Part shown: positions 29,340 through 39,091 of the stretch, one piece after another | How the letters are laid out: each line of letters opens with the position of its first letter | Numbering within the stretch: position 1 is the first letter of the stretch | Source: Eubacteriales bacterium | Lineage (GTDB): Bacteria; Bacillota; Clostridia; Oscillospirales; CAG-272 | Direction of reading: 5' to 3' | NCBI GenBank assembly: GCA_045656985.1 | Contig: JAZOSH010000025.1 | Span: 1-57,272, forward strand | Length of the DNA stretch: 57,272 nt | Notes under the pieces: model-generated | What the model saw: only the letters and a program-made list of their open reading frames with translations | Told to the model about the DNA's origin: nothing | The model's database searches: none | Program-made: the position numbers and the translations under genes

Positions 29340-30785
29340 TTATTCCGATGCTTCGCCGAGCAGACGGATTATCTCGTTCTGAAGCTGCTCTGCCGTTCCC
29401 TTTACGAACTGGCAGGAGTAGACCTCATATTCTCCGTGCTCAAAGGCAAGCTCTGTCGGGATATAGCCTATCATACCGTTTGAATAAGCGCACATAAATG
29501 TAAGGTCATAATCCTTATCCGCGCCTGCGTTTTTGACATTTCTGCCGTTATCTGTGAACATCTCATAAGGAGCAACGCCAAAGGCGATATTTCCTATTGA
29601 GAGTACCGAAACATTTATTCTCTGATAAACGCCGCGCTTTGATTTGCCGCTTATCATCATTGCCTCGTAAATATCATTGAAGCCGTTTCGCAGGATTATT
29701 GCGTCGGATGCTGCAATATTTCCCTGGTTGAAAAGCTCAAGAGCCTGTGTTGCCGCCGCTGCCTCGTCGTCTCGCGAGTGGTCAACTGTAACGCGGACAT
29801 CGGTGGTGAGCATCTTGACAGAGCCGTCTATCTCAAGCTCCTCAAGAGTCTCAAGTCCGTCAATAATTGAAAAACCAAGTGTTCTGCCGTACTGTGTGGT
29901 GCCGGGGAAATCGGCTGCACCCTCAAGCCTTGATGAGGGGTTGACATCTCCCGAGGCTGCCATATGTACCGAAATATAGGAGTCGGTCTTTGACTCAACG
30001 GTTGAGCGGATAGCCGAGATGTAGTCGGCAGAAACCGATGTTCTTGCCTCTTCTGCGTCGCTACCGCTGACGGTGTCGCAGTGAGCCGCCCAGTTTGCAA
30101 GGATTATATCCTTCTTTCCCTCACGCACGAACTTGACGATGGGCATGTGATTGTCCACATCTGTTTCATAAGCCACGCGGGGAGAGGTTATCTTGGTGGT
30201 AACGCTTGCATAGCTTCCATCCTCACACTCATAGCGTCTTATGAAATTCATATTGTTTATCTCAAGCGTTCCTGCGAAGAGCCCTGTGCATTCCGAGAGG
30301 TCATCAAGTGCTGCCTTTGCAGAATTTACGATACCGTCAAAGAAGATAGCTGCATAGCCCTTGAGATATGTATCCGAGCCGAGAAGGTCGGTTGCAGGGG
30401 CAGCATGTGTGTGAGTTACATTGAGGATTATATTGTCCTTTGATACTCCTGTCTCGGCTTCAATAAGGCGATGGAGGTATTCCGCAAGACCAACACTTAT
30501 TGAGTGGAGGTCAAGCGTGTAGAGCAGTGCCGTATTACCGTCCTCATCGCGAAAGGCAGTGCAGGAGGCGAAAAGGTCGTCACGCACCTTGGTGCTCATT
30601 CTGCCCAGAACATCGGCATATCCCGAGAGAGCTGCAGGCTCTGTGGGAGAGATGTTTTCTCTGCCGTATCCGACATAGAGTTTTCCCTTCTCATCCTCGG
30701 TAACGGGAGGCTGGTCATTGCCACAGGCAATAAGTGTCGCTCCGAGCATGCAAATAAGTAAAATTATAGAAATTATTTTTTTCAT
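29340..30785 (-). CDS. Neutral/alkaline ceramidase-family lipoprotein (paralog 1)
   Basis: ATG at 30785, lipobox LIAC; ALSGY, THTHAAP, IRRY, NWAAHC, AASGDVNP, PYEMF, YSNGMIGYIP. Confidence 0.8.
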   Translation of the reverse strand: MKKIISIILLICMLGATLIACGNDQPPVTEDEKGKLYVGYGRENISPTEPAALSGYADVLGRMSTKVRDDLFASCTAFRDEDGNTALLYTLDLHSISVGLAEYLHRLIEAETGVSKDNIILNVTHTHAAPATDLLGSDTYLKGYAAIFFDGIVNSAKAALDDLSECTGLFAGTLEINNMNFIRRYECEDGSYASVTTKITSPRVAYETDVDNHMPIVKFVREGKKDIILANWAAHCDTVSGSDAEEARTSVSADYISAIRSTVESKTDSYISVHMAASGDVNPSSRLEGAADFPGTTQYGRTLGFSIIDGLETLEELEIDGSVKMLTTDVRVTVDHSRDDEAAAATQALELFNQGNIAASDAIILRNGFNDIYEAMMISGKSKRGVYQRINVSVLSIGNIAFGVAPYEMFTDNGRNVKNAGADKDYDLTFMCAYSNGMIGYIPTELAFEHGEYEVYSCQFVKGTAEQLQNEIIRLLGEASE

Positions 30786-30876
30786 ATTGATTATCCATTC
30801 CTCATAATTTTTGCGTAATTTAAAGCAGAGAATGCTCCTTGATTTTTCAAAAAGGGTGCTTCTCTTCCAATATACA

Positions 30877-30905
30877 ATTATAATATAAAAGACAAGATTT
30901 GTCAA
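30877..30905 (-). promoter_or_regulatory. Sigma-A promoter of the ceramidase-like operon
   Basis: TTGACA (30905-30900)-17-TATAAT (30882-30877). Confidence 0.8.
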
Positions 30906-30961
30906 TAAAGAAGCCCCATCTTCGTGCATTTGCACAAAGATGAGGCAACTTTTTTGTGTAT

Positions 30962-32296
30962 TTATTTTTTGCCTTGATTTTCAAGGAATTTTGCTCTGTT
31001 GAAGCCCTCTGTGGTCTTCTCTTTTATCTCGCCTGCGCGGGTGAGAGCAATCTTTGTCATAACGGGACCGAATATCTCATAAACGAGCACCGCGAAGAGC
31101 ACGATGTTTCGTATAAGCACTCCTTCTGTGCCCATAGTTTGAAGCACGATCGATGACATTCCAAGTGCTACACCTGCCTGTGGGAAAAGGGTTATTCCGA
31201 GGTATTTTCTTATTTGCGGCTCACAGCCTACAAGGTCTGCACTCCAGCGAGCGCCGAAGTATTTACCGATGCAACGGAAGATGATATAAACAACACCGAC
31301 GAGGATTATCGAGGGCGAAGCGAGGATGTCAAGACGAAGCTCCGCACCGCTGAGCACGAAGAAGAGCACGAAAAGGGGTGCTGTCCACTTATCTGCGCGC
31401 TCCATGATGTCTGCCGAGAAGTCGCACATATTGCAGAATACCGTGCCGAGCATCATGCAAACGAGCAGGGGCGAAAATCCGATATGGAACTCACCGATGT
31501 CGTAGCTGATCATTGAAAGAGCTACTGTGAGGAGTACAAAGGTAATTGAAAGCGACATTCTCTTTGAGCCCGAATGGAATATCTTTTCACACGCCGTGAA
31601 GAGCCAGCCCATAACGAAGCCGAGCACAAGCGAGAGTGCAACCTCAAGAAGAGGGTTGACAAGAATAGAGATAATGCTTATCGTTCCGCTTGTGAGTGCA
31701 CGCGCAACGCCAAAGGAAATAGAGAAAACAACAAGTCCTACCGCATCGTCAAGTGCAACTATAGGAAGAAGCAGATCTGTAAGCTTTCCTTTTGCCTTAT
31801 ACTGACGAACGACCATGAGCGTTGCCGCGGGCGCGGTGGCAGTTGCGATAGCGCCGAGTATTATTGCCATTGAGGGCGAGAGAAGCGACGGGAAGGCGAG
31901 TGCGAGGACGATGAGTGCTGCATCAACGACGAGCGTTGTGACCACCGCCTGAAGCACGCCGATAACTGCTGCCTGCTTGCCGATATGCTTAAGATCGGAA
32001 AGTCTGAACTCGTTACCTATCGCAAAGGCGATAAAGCCGAGGGCGACATCCGAGATTATCTCAAGCGCGTGGTTTGGCTGACTGCCCTCTGCAAGACCGA
32101 AATCTGCAGGAGAAAAGCCGAGATGTGAAAAGTCAAGTCCGAGGAAGCTTATGTCAAGCGCGCCGAGCAAAAAGGGCCCGACGAGAATGCCCGCGACAAG
32201 ATATGCCGTTACGGCAGGAAGCTTCAAAAGCTTTGCGGGGCGGGACATGAGAAGTCCTGCGAGCATTGCTACCGAAAGAGTAATAAGTATTTGCAT
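30962..32296 (-). CDS. Cation:proton antiporter (CPA2/KefB-like)
   Basis: About 12 TM; FIAFAIGNEF, ATAPAAT, IVALDDAVG, LFFVLSGAEL, PQAGVALG. Confidence 0.88.
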   Translation of the reverse strand: MQILITLSVAMLAGLLMSRPAKLLKLPAVTAYLVAGILVGPFLLGALDISFLGLDFSHLGFSPADFGLAEGSQPNHALEIISDVALGFIAFAIGNEFRLSDLKHIGKQAAVIGVLQAVVTTLVVDAALIVLALAFPSLLSPSMAIILGAIATATAPAATLMVVRQYKAKGKLTDLLLPIVALDDAVGLVVFSISFGVARALTSGTISIISILVNPLLEVALSLVLGFVMGWLFTACEKIFHSGSKRMSLSITFVLLTVALSMISYDIGEFHIGFSPLLVCMMLGTVFCNMCDFSADIMERADKWTAPLFVLFFVLSGAELRLDILASPSIILVGVVYIIFRCIGKYFGARWSADLVGCEPQIRKYLGITLFPQAGVALGMSSIVLQTMGTEGVLIRNIVLFAVLVYEIFGPVMTKIALTRAGEIKEKTTEGFNRAKFLENQGKK

Positions 32297-32347
32297 GATG
32301 ATACCTTCAGATAATCGTAAATTAAGCCCCTTTTTAAGGGGCAAGTC

Positions 32348-32376
32348 ATTATACCACTAAAACACGCATGTGTCAA
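32348..32376 (-). promoter_or_regulatory. Sigma-A promoter of the antiporter
   Basis: TTGACA-17-TGG-TATAAT. Confidence 0.8.
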
Positions 32377-32454
32377 GCGAGAAACAAAAAAAGAGTTTAT
32401 CTTTTTGGCGCTTTCGGGCAATAATAAGAGTACAGGTAAAAAGGAGGCGAAAAA

Positions 32455-32673
32455 ATGGAGATATACGACAAGATAACGATAAAAAAAGCAATATCTGACG
32501 GGATAGGATTTTCAGACATACCGTTAGGGCTTCGCATGGCACTTGCCGAGAATATTTCTGCGATGCAGGTCTTTGCCGAGATGTCCGACGAGAGACGCGC
32601 GGAGATAATTGACGGCGCACGCGGTATTGAGAGCAAGAGCGATATGAAAAAGTATGTACGCGGGATAAGGTAA
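32455..32673 (+). CDS. Small hypothetical protein (72 aa)
   Basis: GGAGG RBS; IPLGLRMALAEN..AM..FAEMSDERRAEII; followed by a hairpin at 32698-32731. Confidence 0.7.
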   Translation: MEIYDKITIKKAISDGIGFSDIPLGLRMALAENISAMQVFAEMSDERRAEIIDGARGIESKSDMKKYVRGIR

Positions 32674-32742
32674 ATGATTGCGCTCTTGAATAAATTCGCG
32701 GGGGAGACCTTTTTATGAAGGTCTCCCCCGCATCTTATTGGG

Positions 32743-34989
32743 TTAATTCTTGTCTGTTGCCGTGATAGGCTCAAGCGCAAAGAATTTTTGAGTGTCGTTT
32801 ATGATCTTGTTGATTCGGCTTGTGTTTACATAGAAGCCGCCAACTCCGTCTATAACGATGTACGCTTTACGCGAGGTTATCGCGTAAAATTTGTAGGTCG
32901 TTGTGAAATCCTCGGGGAATTCTCTGTCGCCGCGCTTATTGCCGTACGCGTTCTCGGTCTTTGTGAGTGTGATGGTGAGAAGAAGCTTGCTCTCGTCTGC
33001 GATAAGTGCCGCTTCCTCCTCGTCACTCAATTCATAGGTGTCAACGATAGACGCAAGAAGCATCGTCTGGTAATAAAGACGGAAAAGCGTTGACGCGTAT
33101 CTCACATATGTTGTAACGCTTCCGTCACGCTCTGTAACACTTACCGTGTCGGCATGAACTCTTACCTGTCTGCCGTCGGCGCAGTCAATGTATCCACTTA
33201 TGACCTTGACATTTCTGCCGATCGCGTTGTAGGCGTGATAGCTTGACGATACAGAAACCGTCTCGCCCGCTGAATTCTTTGCGGTTATATTGGTGGGCGT
33301 TATTGTCCAGACATAGCCCTTCGTATCGGTGACGGTGAGGATTGAGAATGTGTCAACCGAGTTGCCCGCAGAATCGTCTCCCGTTACCTTCAGGTGCTCG
33401 GAGCTTATCCTTGTTGACATATCCGACTTACTGTTATCAAGCTTGAAGGTTGCCGAATAGTCGGGTGACTCGAGCTTCAGGGTATCACAGAATGCTATGT
33501 TGAGATCAATATAGGTCTTGTTTATCCATTTTGACTGCTTCCATGTTACGAATTCAAGGCAGTGTCCCTTGATCTCGCTTATCATGTTTGAGGTGTAGAG
33601 CAGGTCTCCGCCTTCTATTGAGCCGTCATAGAAGAAGGTATAAACATAGTAGTTACCCGCTTCGTTCTTGTCCGATATAAAGATCACCTGACGGAGGGTG
33701 GCTCCCGACGGACTTCCGCTCTCGTCAAGCGGATCGCACAAAAAGGAGATAGCATAGCGCGGAGAAAGCTCCATTTCGGGAAGTCCCGTCTCGGCGTCTG
33801 TCTCTCCTGTGTAACGGCCAAGCCCGTACTTTACAAAGTCCTCATCGCTCGGCGCAAAGCTCACCACACCCTCAAATTCGGGCGAATAGAAGTTCATCAG
33901 CGCCTCAAAGATCGCATCGGAATTCGGAATATAGCCGGTAAGCTCGCTGTTGTCAAAAACAAAGGGCTTTGACGACTCTATCGTTCCCTCTCGCTCTTCA
34001 AGCGGAATAAATGTGAAGCCTACGATGTTCTCTGCCTTCTCGCCGTTCGCATCATATTTGAAGAGGTTAAAATCCTCAACATCATAATAGTTGTTGAGAG
34101 AGATTCCCTGAACGATGGTGGGGCTGACAAATGCTTCTATGGGCTGAAGGAGCGAGTCGGCAATGTCTGCCGCAAGCACATAAACTGCATCTCGCGGTCT
34201 TTCTGTCTCGCCGTCAAGCGCGACATACTGAACATAATATCCGCCGCCTGTTACCATTCTGTCTCCGATAAGCAGCTTGTGGCTGTTGCCCTCAAGGTCT
34301 GTGATGATATAGTAGGCAGGCTCGTGGAGATATTCCTCTCCCTCGTCGTTCACACGCAGCTCGCTGACAAGGCCGTACTCTGAAAACTCGCCGTTTTCGT
34401 CCTTTATCGGCTCGTCTATCTTCATGATGGTGAGGGTGTAGCCCGCACTTACATAAAGAGATGCGAAAAGATCCTGATCATAGGTGGTGAGGGGTGCGCC
34501 GTCTATTACAAAGTCTCCCGAGTTGTCGGGCGCGGCGTCTGCAATGCTGTATCGCAGGAATTTGAAGCTTCCGTGCGAGTTGTGCACCTCAAGAGAGCTG
34601 ATATTTGCCTTCTCAAGATGCGGAAAGATGAGCACGCGGTTGTTGTGTCCCGCATTCTCGCTTTCCTCGAGATCGGGAACGCCTATTACCTCATACTTAC
34701 CCGTTGAGGTGTCAAGATTTATCAGCGTTCCGTTCTCGGTAACGAAGTAATTATATGTGGATTCGCGCGTTATCTCAACGCCGTTCGCGTCGTAAAGCAG
34801 ATACTCGCCCTTCTTATACCTTATAGAGTATTTTACTCCGTCGGCATCCTCAAAGCTTGAGGTGTTGAGATAGGGCGTTACGATAACTGCCACGACGGTA
34901 AGCAGCACAACTGCTATAAGGGAGATGATTATTCCCCTTTTTCTGCGTGCGAGCAGCGTTGCGCGAGCCTTTTGCTTTTCAACGATCAT
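32743..34989 (-). CDS. DUF4340-like extracellular membrane-anchored protein
   Basis: Single N-terminal TM, large acidic extracellular part; last gene of the GldAFG-like ABC operon, which is the usual context for this family. Confidence 0.65.
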   Translation of the reverse strand: MIVEKQKARATLLARRKRGIIISLIAVVLLTVVAVIVTPYLNTSSFEDADGVKYSIRYKKGEYLLYDANGVEITRESTYNYFVTENGTLINLDTSTGKYEVIGVPDLEESENAGHNNRVLIFPHLEKANISSLEVHNSHGSFKFLRYSIADAAPDNSGDFVIDGAPLTTYDQDLFASLYVSAGYTLTIMKIDEPIKDENGEFSEYGLVSELRVNDEGEEYLHEPAYYIITDLEGNSHKLLIGDRMVTGGGYYVQYVALDGETERPRDAVYVLAADIADSLLQPIEAFVSPTIVQGISLNNYYDVEDFNLFKYDANGEKAENIVGFTFIPLEEREGTIESSKPFVFDNSELTGYIPNSDAIFEALMNFYSPEFEGVVSFAPSDEDFVKYGLGRYTGETDAETGLPEMELSPRYAISFLCDPLDESGSPSGATLRQVIFISDKNEAGNYYVYTFFYDGSIEGGDLLYTSNMISEIKGHCLEFVTWKQSKWINKTYIDLNIAFCDTLKLESPDYSATFKLDNSKSDMSTRISSEHLKVTGDDSAGNSVDTFSILTVTDTKGYVWTITPTNITAKNSAGETVSVSSSYHAYNAIGRNVKVISGYIDCADGRQVRVHADTVSVTERDGSVTTYVRYASTLFRLYYQTMLLASIVDTYELSDEEEAALIADESKLLLTITLTKTENAYGNKRGDREFPEDFTTTYKFYAITSRKAYIVIDGVGGFYVNTSRINKIINDTQKFFALEPITATDKN

Positions 34990-36704
34990 CTGTTCTTTCT
35001 CCTTACGAGCACCACGATTCCCACAGCGAGTGCGCATATTGCAGGAAGCACTGTGAGTGTCACGGTGTACTGCGTTGCCTCGGCGGCGGTGATGACATCA
35101 ATAGTGGAGTCTGCAAAGGGCTTCGGTGCGAGACCGACAGGAACGGGCTCCTGACCTATCGCTCTGCCTATTGAGAGCACAAGGTCCCCATTGCCGTATG
35201 CCTCGGAGGCAACGAGAGCCTCCTCAAGGAAGTCTACCGAGCCGCAGGCAACGACATAAGACGCCTCATTTATATAGGTATCTATATTTGTTGACTCCTG
35301 CGTTATTCTCTCTTCAACTGTGACCGTCATAAGCTTGAAGGGATTTGCCTCGGTTGCGCGCGCGACCTCGCCGCCATTTGCATAGGCGGTGGCGTTCTCG
35401 CTTGAGAGGAAGACATCAAACATCTTGCGCACCGTGCCGTCAAAGGAATAGTGTCCAAAGTCATAAGAAACGGCAGAGCTGTCATTGCTTGAATAGTGGT
35501 TAAGAGAATAGGTTGGTGCATATGAAATGGGCATTGCGTTCTTGAAGATGACCTTCTTCGGAATAGCACCCGAGCGCATCTCGCTTGTCAGCGACGCACC
35601 TGCTCCCGCGGTTGCATACTCTGAAACGATGGTGTAACCGTCGGTTGTGAGCGACTGCGACTTATCTGTTATAAGCATAGAGTGTGTCTGTGCGGTAAGC
35701 TCATCTGTATAGCGATTGAACACGACTCCCCACTCCTCAAGGTAGTCTTCAAAATTTGTAAGCCTTGGCGTGCTCGGAGACATGAACACCATAAGCGAGT
35801 TGGTGTTGTCAAGGAAGGCATCAAGCTTTTCTATCTCGTCTATCTGGCTGACACCGTCATTTACCATAAAGTCCGCCATCGGGTTGCACACGATGATAAG
35901 ACGGCACTCTACAGGTATCTCCTCTGTGGCAAGGTCGATAAATCTTACTGCGTAGCCGGCATCCTCAAGCGTTGTGAGGAAGCTCTCGGAGCTTATCGTC
36001 TCGCCGTGATTTGTGGTTATGCAGGCAACGGGCGTCTCTGTTCTCGTTACCGCGAGAATTCCTGCCGCAAACTTCTTTTCTGCGTTGTATGCCCAGGGCT
36101 CGTCGCTTGTTGCGGTGTCAAAGGTATAGAAGCTGCGAAGCGAGTACTTGCGGTACTCTGTGCCGCAGGCAACGATAACGCTTGTAGTATTTACCACATC
36201 AAGTGAGGTCTCCTGATACTGCGTTACGGCAGAGGGATTCTTTGCTACATTGTAGTTGACAACACGGATATATTCGGGGAACTTGTCCTGAAGCTCAAGG
36301 GCAGTGTGGTAGACATATCTCTGTGTCTGTACCGCCTCGATACTGTCAATATCGTCACAGAATATTATCTCAATCATGAGATTCTCATCTCTCCAGAGAG
36401 GGTCACCCTTCTCAAGACCGTTTTCTTTATTAAAGGCGGCGTTCTCGGTTCTGAAGCGCTCTACCATCTCTATAGGAGAAGAACTGTTCTTGAAGGCGTC
36501 ATCTCCGTTTTCTATGAGGTCAAAGCACTCATCGGAGAGAGTGAATAGCGGCTCGGGCGTGAGGTCAATATACCACAAGAATTTGCTTGCGAGAGCCGAA
36601 AAGATTATGTTTACAACAAGGATAGCTGCGATTATAAGCGCTGTGAGCACGATTGAGGTCGACGCATAACGCATTTTTCTCTTTGAATATGCCTGATTTT
36701 TCAT
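34986..36704 (-). CDS. GldG-family ABC transporter auxiliary component
   Basis: N-terminal TM, DLTPEPLFTLS, TTNHGE, C-terminal TM; ATGA overlap with the next gene. Confidence 0.8.
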   Translation of the reverse strand: MKNQAYSKRKMRYASTSIVLTALIIAAILVVNIIFSALASKFLWYIDLTPEPLFTLSDECFDLIENGDDAFKNSSSPIEMVERFRTENAAFNKENGLEKGDPLWRDENLMIEIIFCDDIDSIEAVQTQRYVYHTALELQDKFPEYIRVVNYNVAKNPSAVTQYQETSLDVVNTTSVIVACGTEYRKYSLRSFYTFDTATSDEPWAYNAEKKFAAGILAVTRTETPVACITTNHGETISSESFLTTLEDAGYAVRFIDLATEEIPVECRLIIVCNPMADFMVNDGVSQIDEIEKLDAFLDNTNSLMVFMSPSTPRLTNFEDYLEEWGVVFNRYTDELTAQTHSMLITDKSQSLTTDGYTIVSEYATAGAGASLTSEMRSGAIPKKVIFKNAMPISYAPTYSLNHYSSNDSSAVSYDFGHYSFDGTVRKMFDVFLSSENATAYANGGEVARATEANPFKLMTVTVEERITQESTNIDTYINEASYVVACGSVDFLEEALVASEAYGNGDLVLSIGRAIGQEPVPVGLAPKPFADSTIDVITAAEATQYTVTLTVLPAICALAVGIVVLVRRKNR

Positions 36705-36716
36705 GTCACTACCTCC

Positions 36717-37457
36717 TTACGCCCAGCGTCTCTTCTCGTAGACTCTGCCTGTAAGAAGCAGGAAGACGCCCGCGAGCGACAGATAGTAAAGCATTGCCGA
36801 GAAGTCAAGAAGACCGGCGGCAAAATTATCAAATCTTGAGAGGATGCAGACCCAATCAAGCACCGCGCGAACAGCATACGAATCAATGTATGCATTGACG
36901 AGGTTAAGAACGAGCATCACAACGATGACTGCAATGGTCGAGATAGCCGCCGCAAGCTGATTTTCGGTGAGCGAGGAAATGAACATTCCTATTGCCACAA
37001 AGGCAGCACCGATAAGAAGCACGCCGATAAGACAGCCGACTATCTGGCTGGTTATAGGTCCTACATAGGAGATGGCATCAGCCGATTCCTCTATACGCTT
37101 ATAGCTGTAAAGCGGAAAAAGATTGATGCATGAGACAAGGAGCGCACCGCCGAACATAGTCATTGCCGCAAAGAATTTACCGAAGACCATTGCGGGAATG
37201 GAAATGGGCGCGGTGAGCAAAAGCTGCTCTGTGCGGAGCTTCTTTTCCTCTGCAAAAAGCTTCATTGTGAGAAGCGGAATAAGTATTATAAAGGTGAAGA
37301 TAAGAAGGGTGAAATATGTGGAGGTGTCATAGCTTCTTGCAAAAAGGGTGGAATAGCCGCAAAGGAGGGCTGCTGCCGAGAGAAAGACTCCGACATAGAC
37401 AAAGCCTATCGCGTTTGCAAAATATGAGCGAAGCTCTTTTTTATAGATTGCCAGCAT
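36717..37457 (-). CDS. ABC-2 type transporter permease (GldF-like)
   Basis: KKELRSYF, FAEEKKLRTEQLLLTAP, GKF, SSLTENQ; 6 TM. Confidence 0.9.
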   Translation of the reverse strand: MLAIYKKELRSYFANAIGFVYVGVFLSAAALLCGYSTLFARSYDTSTYFTLLIFTFIILIPLLTMKLFAEEKKLRTEQLLLTAPISIPAMVFGKFFAAMTMFGGALLVSCINLFPLYSYKRIEESADAISYVGPITSQIVGCLIGVLLIGAAFVAIGMFISSLTENQLAAAISTIAVIVVMLVLNLVNAYIDSYAVRAVLDWVCILSRFDNFAAGLLDFSAMLYYLSLAGVFLLLTGRVYEKRRWA

Positions 37458-37471
37458 TTCTTTTTACCTCC

Positions 37472-38551
37472 TTATTTTTTGTCGTCGCCAAAGAGCGCCG
37501 AGAATTTTTCTTCTGCAGACGCACCCGTGCGACCTACGAGCTTTCTTGCCACCTCTGCCTCAGAGCCCTCGCGGTGTGCGCCCTTCTGGCGCGGCTTGCG
37601 AAGATAGCGCGACTTCTGTGCCGACTCGTCAACAACGGTTATGAATATATCCTCAAGGCTCATTCCAAGAGCCTCAAGTCCAACGAGAGCCCACTGCTTT
37701 TCTGCAAGCGCGAAAAAGAGAGGCTTTCTTATATCAACGCCGACCTCGCTCTCTATCATATAGCAATAAGCGTCTCCGTCTCTCTGGGGGAGAAGCTCTG
37801 CGTGAACGATGCCCTGACGCGCCTTAAGGAATGCGAGGACCTCCTTTTGAGGGCCACATATCTTTGCCGAGAAGCGGCGGTTGCTCTCAACAGCGCGGGT
37901 GATGTTTTCTGTAAGCTCATCGGCAACTATCTTACCCTTGCTTATAATGATTATCCTGTCGCATACCGCCTGTACCTCACCGAGAATGTGAGTTGAAAGA
38001 ATAACGGTATGGTCGTGACCGAGCGTTCTTATCAGATTGCGCACCTCAATTATCTGCTTGGGGTCAAGACCGACTGTGGGCTCGTCAAATATGATTATTT
38101 CGGGATTGCCGATAAGGGCCTGTGCGATTCCAACTCTCTGGCGGTAGCCCTTTGAGAGATTTTTGATAAGTCGCTTATATACATCCTTTATTTTGACGAT
38201 GTCGCATATTTCCTCAATATGCTTATCCCTGTTGAGCTTGCAGCCCTTGAGATTATAGGTGAAGATAAGGTATTCCTCAACCGTCATGTCAAGGTATAGA
38301 GGGGGCTGCTCGGGAAGATAGCCGATATGCTTTTTGGCCTCAAGCGGGTTATCAAGCATATTTACACCTGCTACAGATACATTTCCCGAGGTCATGGAGA
38401 GGTAGCCTGTGAGAATATTCATCGTGGTGCTTTTTCCTGCTCCGTTCGGACCGAGGAAGCCAACTATCTCGCCCTTTCCAACCTCAAAGCTTATGTCATC
38501 CACGGCACAGTTTGGACCGTAGTTTTTAACCAAATGCTCTATTTTTATCAT
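37472..38551 (-). CDS. ABC transporter ATP-binding protein (GldA-like)
   Basis: GPNGAGKST, LSKGYRQR, FDEPTVGLDP, STH. Confidence 0.93.
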   Translation of the reverse strand: MIKIEHLVKNYGPNCAVDDISFEVGKGEIVGFLGPNGAGKSTTMNILTGYLSMTSGNVSVAGVNMLDNPLEAKKHIGYLPEQPPLYLDMTVEEYLIFTYNLKGCKLNRDKHIEEICDIVKIKDVYKRLIKNLSKGYRQRVGIAQALIGNPEIIIFDEPTVGLDPKQIIEVRNLIRTLGHDHTVILSTHILGEVQAVCDRIIIISKGKIVADELTENITRAVESNRRFSAKICGPQKEVLAFLKARQGIVHAELLPQRDGDAYCYMIESEVGVDIRKPLFFALAEKQWALVGLEALGMSLEDIFITVVDESAQKSRYLRKPRQKGAHREGSEAEVARKLVGRTGASAEEKFSALFGDDKK

Positions 38552-38713
38552 TTTTTATGCGTTCCTTTCCTTTATTTTCGCTGAACACAAATATACAGGG
38601 TACATTATACCACAAATATGTAAACATTTTATGAATGTGAGAGCAAAAACTTGGTGTTTTTTGCGTGTTTTTTGTGTGACGGCAGAAAGCACGGCGGCAT
38701 GCAACCCGCGGTG

Positions 38714-38971
38714 TCAAATTTTGATTTGTCGGTGAGGACGCGAGCCTCCGGCGGCAAGCTTTTTGCAAAAAGCTTGGCAAAAACTCTCCTGTCTTTGGAC
38801 TTGTGCAGACAATATTCGTTTATGACCGTTGTGAGCACGCAAGGGCGGAGCAAGGTCTGCGGGAGCTAAACCTTTTGTAATGAAAGTTTTTGGGAGTCCA
38901 GAACCCTTTTTTTAAAAAGGGTTTTGGATAATCCTTCTCGTCAACTAACTGTTCGATAAATCAAAATTTGA
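38714..38971. mobile_element. 258-bp MITE/REP-like non-coding element with terminal inverted repeats
   Basis: TIRs tcaaattttgatttgtcg (38714-38731) and cgataaatcaaaatttga (38954-38971), 17/18; internal palindromes at 38756-38775 and 38902-38923; second copy at 1-161. Confidence 0.8.
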
Positions 38972-38990
38972 ATAAAATCTCCGATATATA

Positions 38991-39038
38991 CTACTTAAAT
39001 CTTCTCGCGTATCCGCGCTTACGGCAGAGCTCCTCGGT
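38991..39038 (-). pseudogene. Relic 3' end of the radical SAM/SPASM gene
   Basis: Encodes TEELCRKRGYARRFK* versus TEELCRKCGYARRFR* of the intact gene; 39/43 nt identical to 39972-40014. Confidence 0.75.
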
Positions 39039-39091
39039 GTCGGGCACGAAATAGTTCCTTGGTAATACAAGGTTTATAAATTTTATCTCCT

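Noticed and set aside
38651-38869. Small ORFs overlapping the MITE-like element
   Set aside because: No RBS or protein-like composition; the region is explained by the non-coding repeat.
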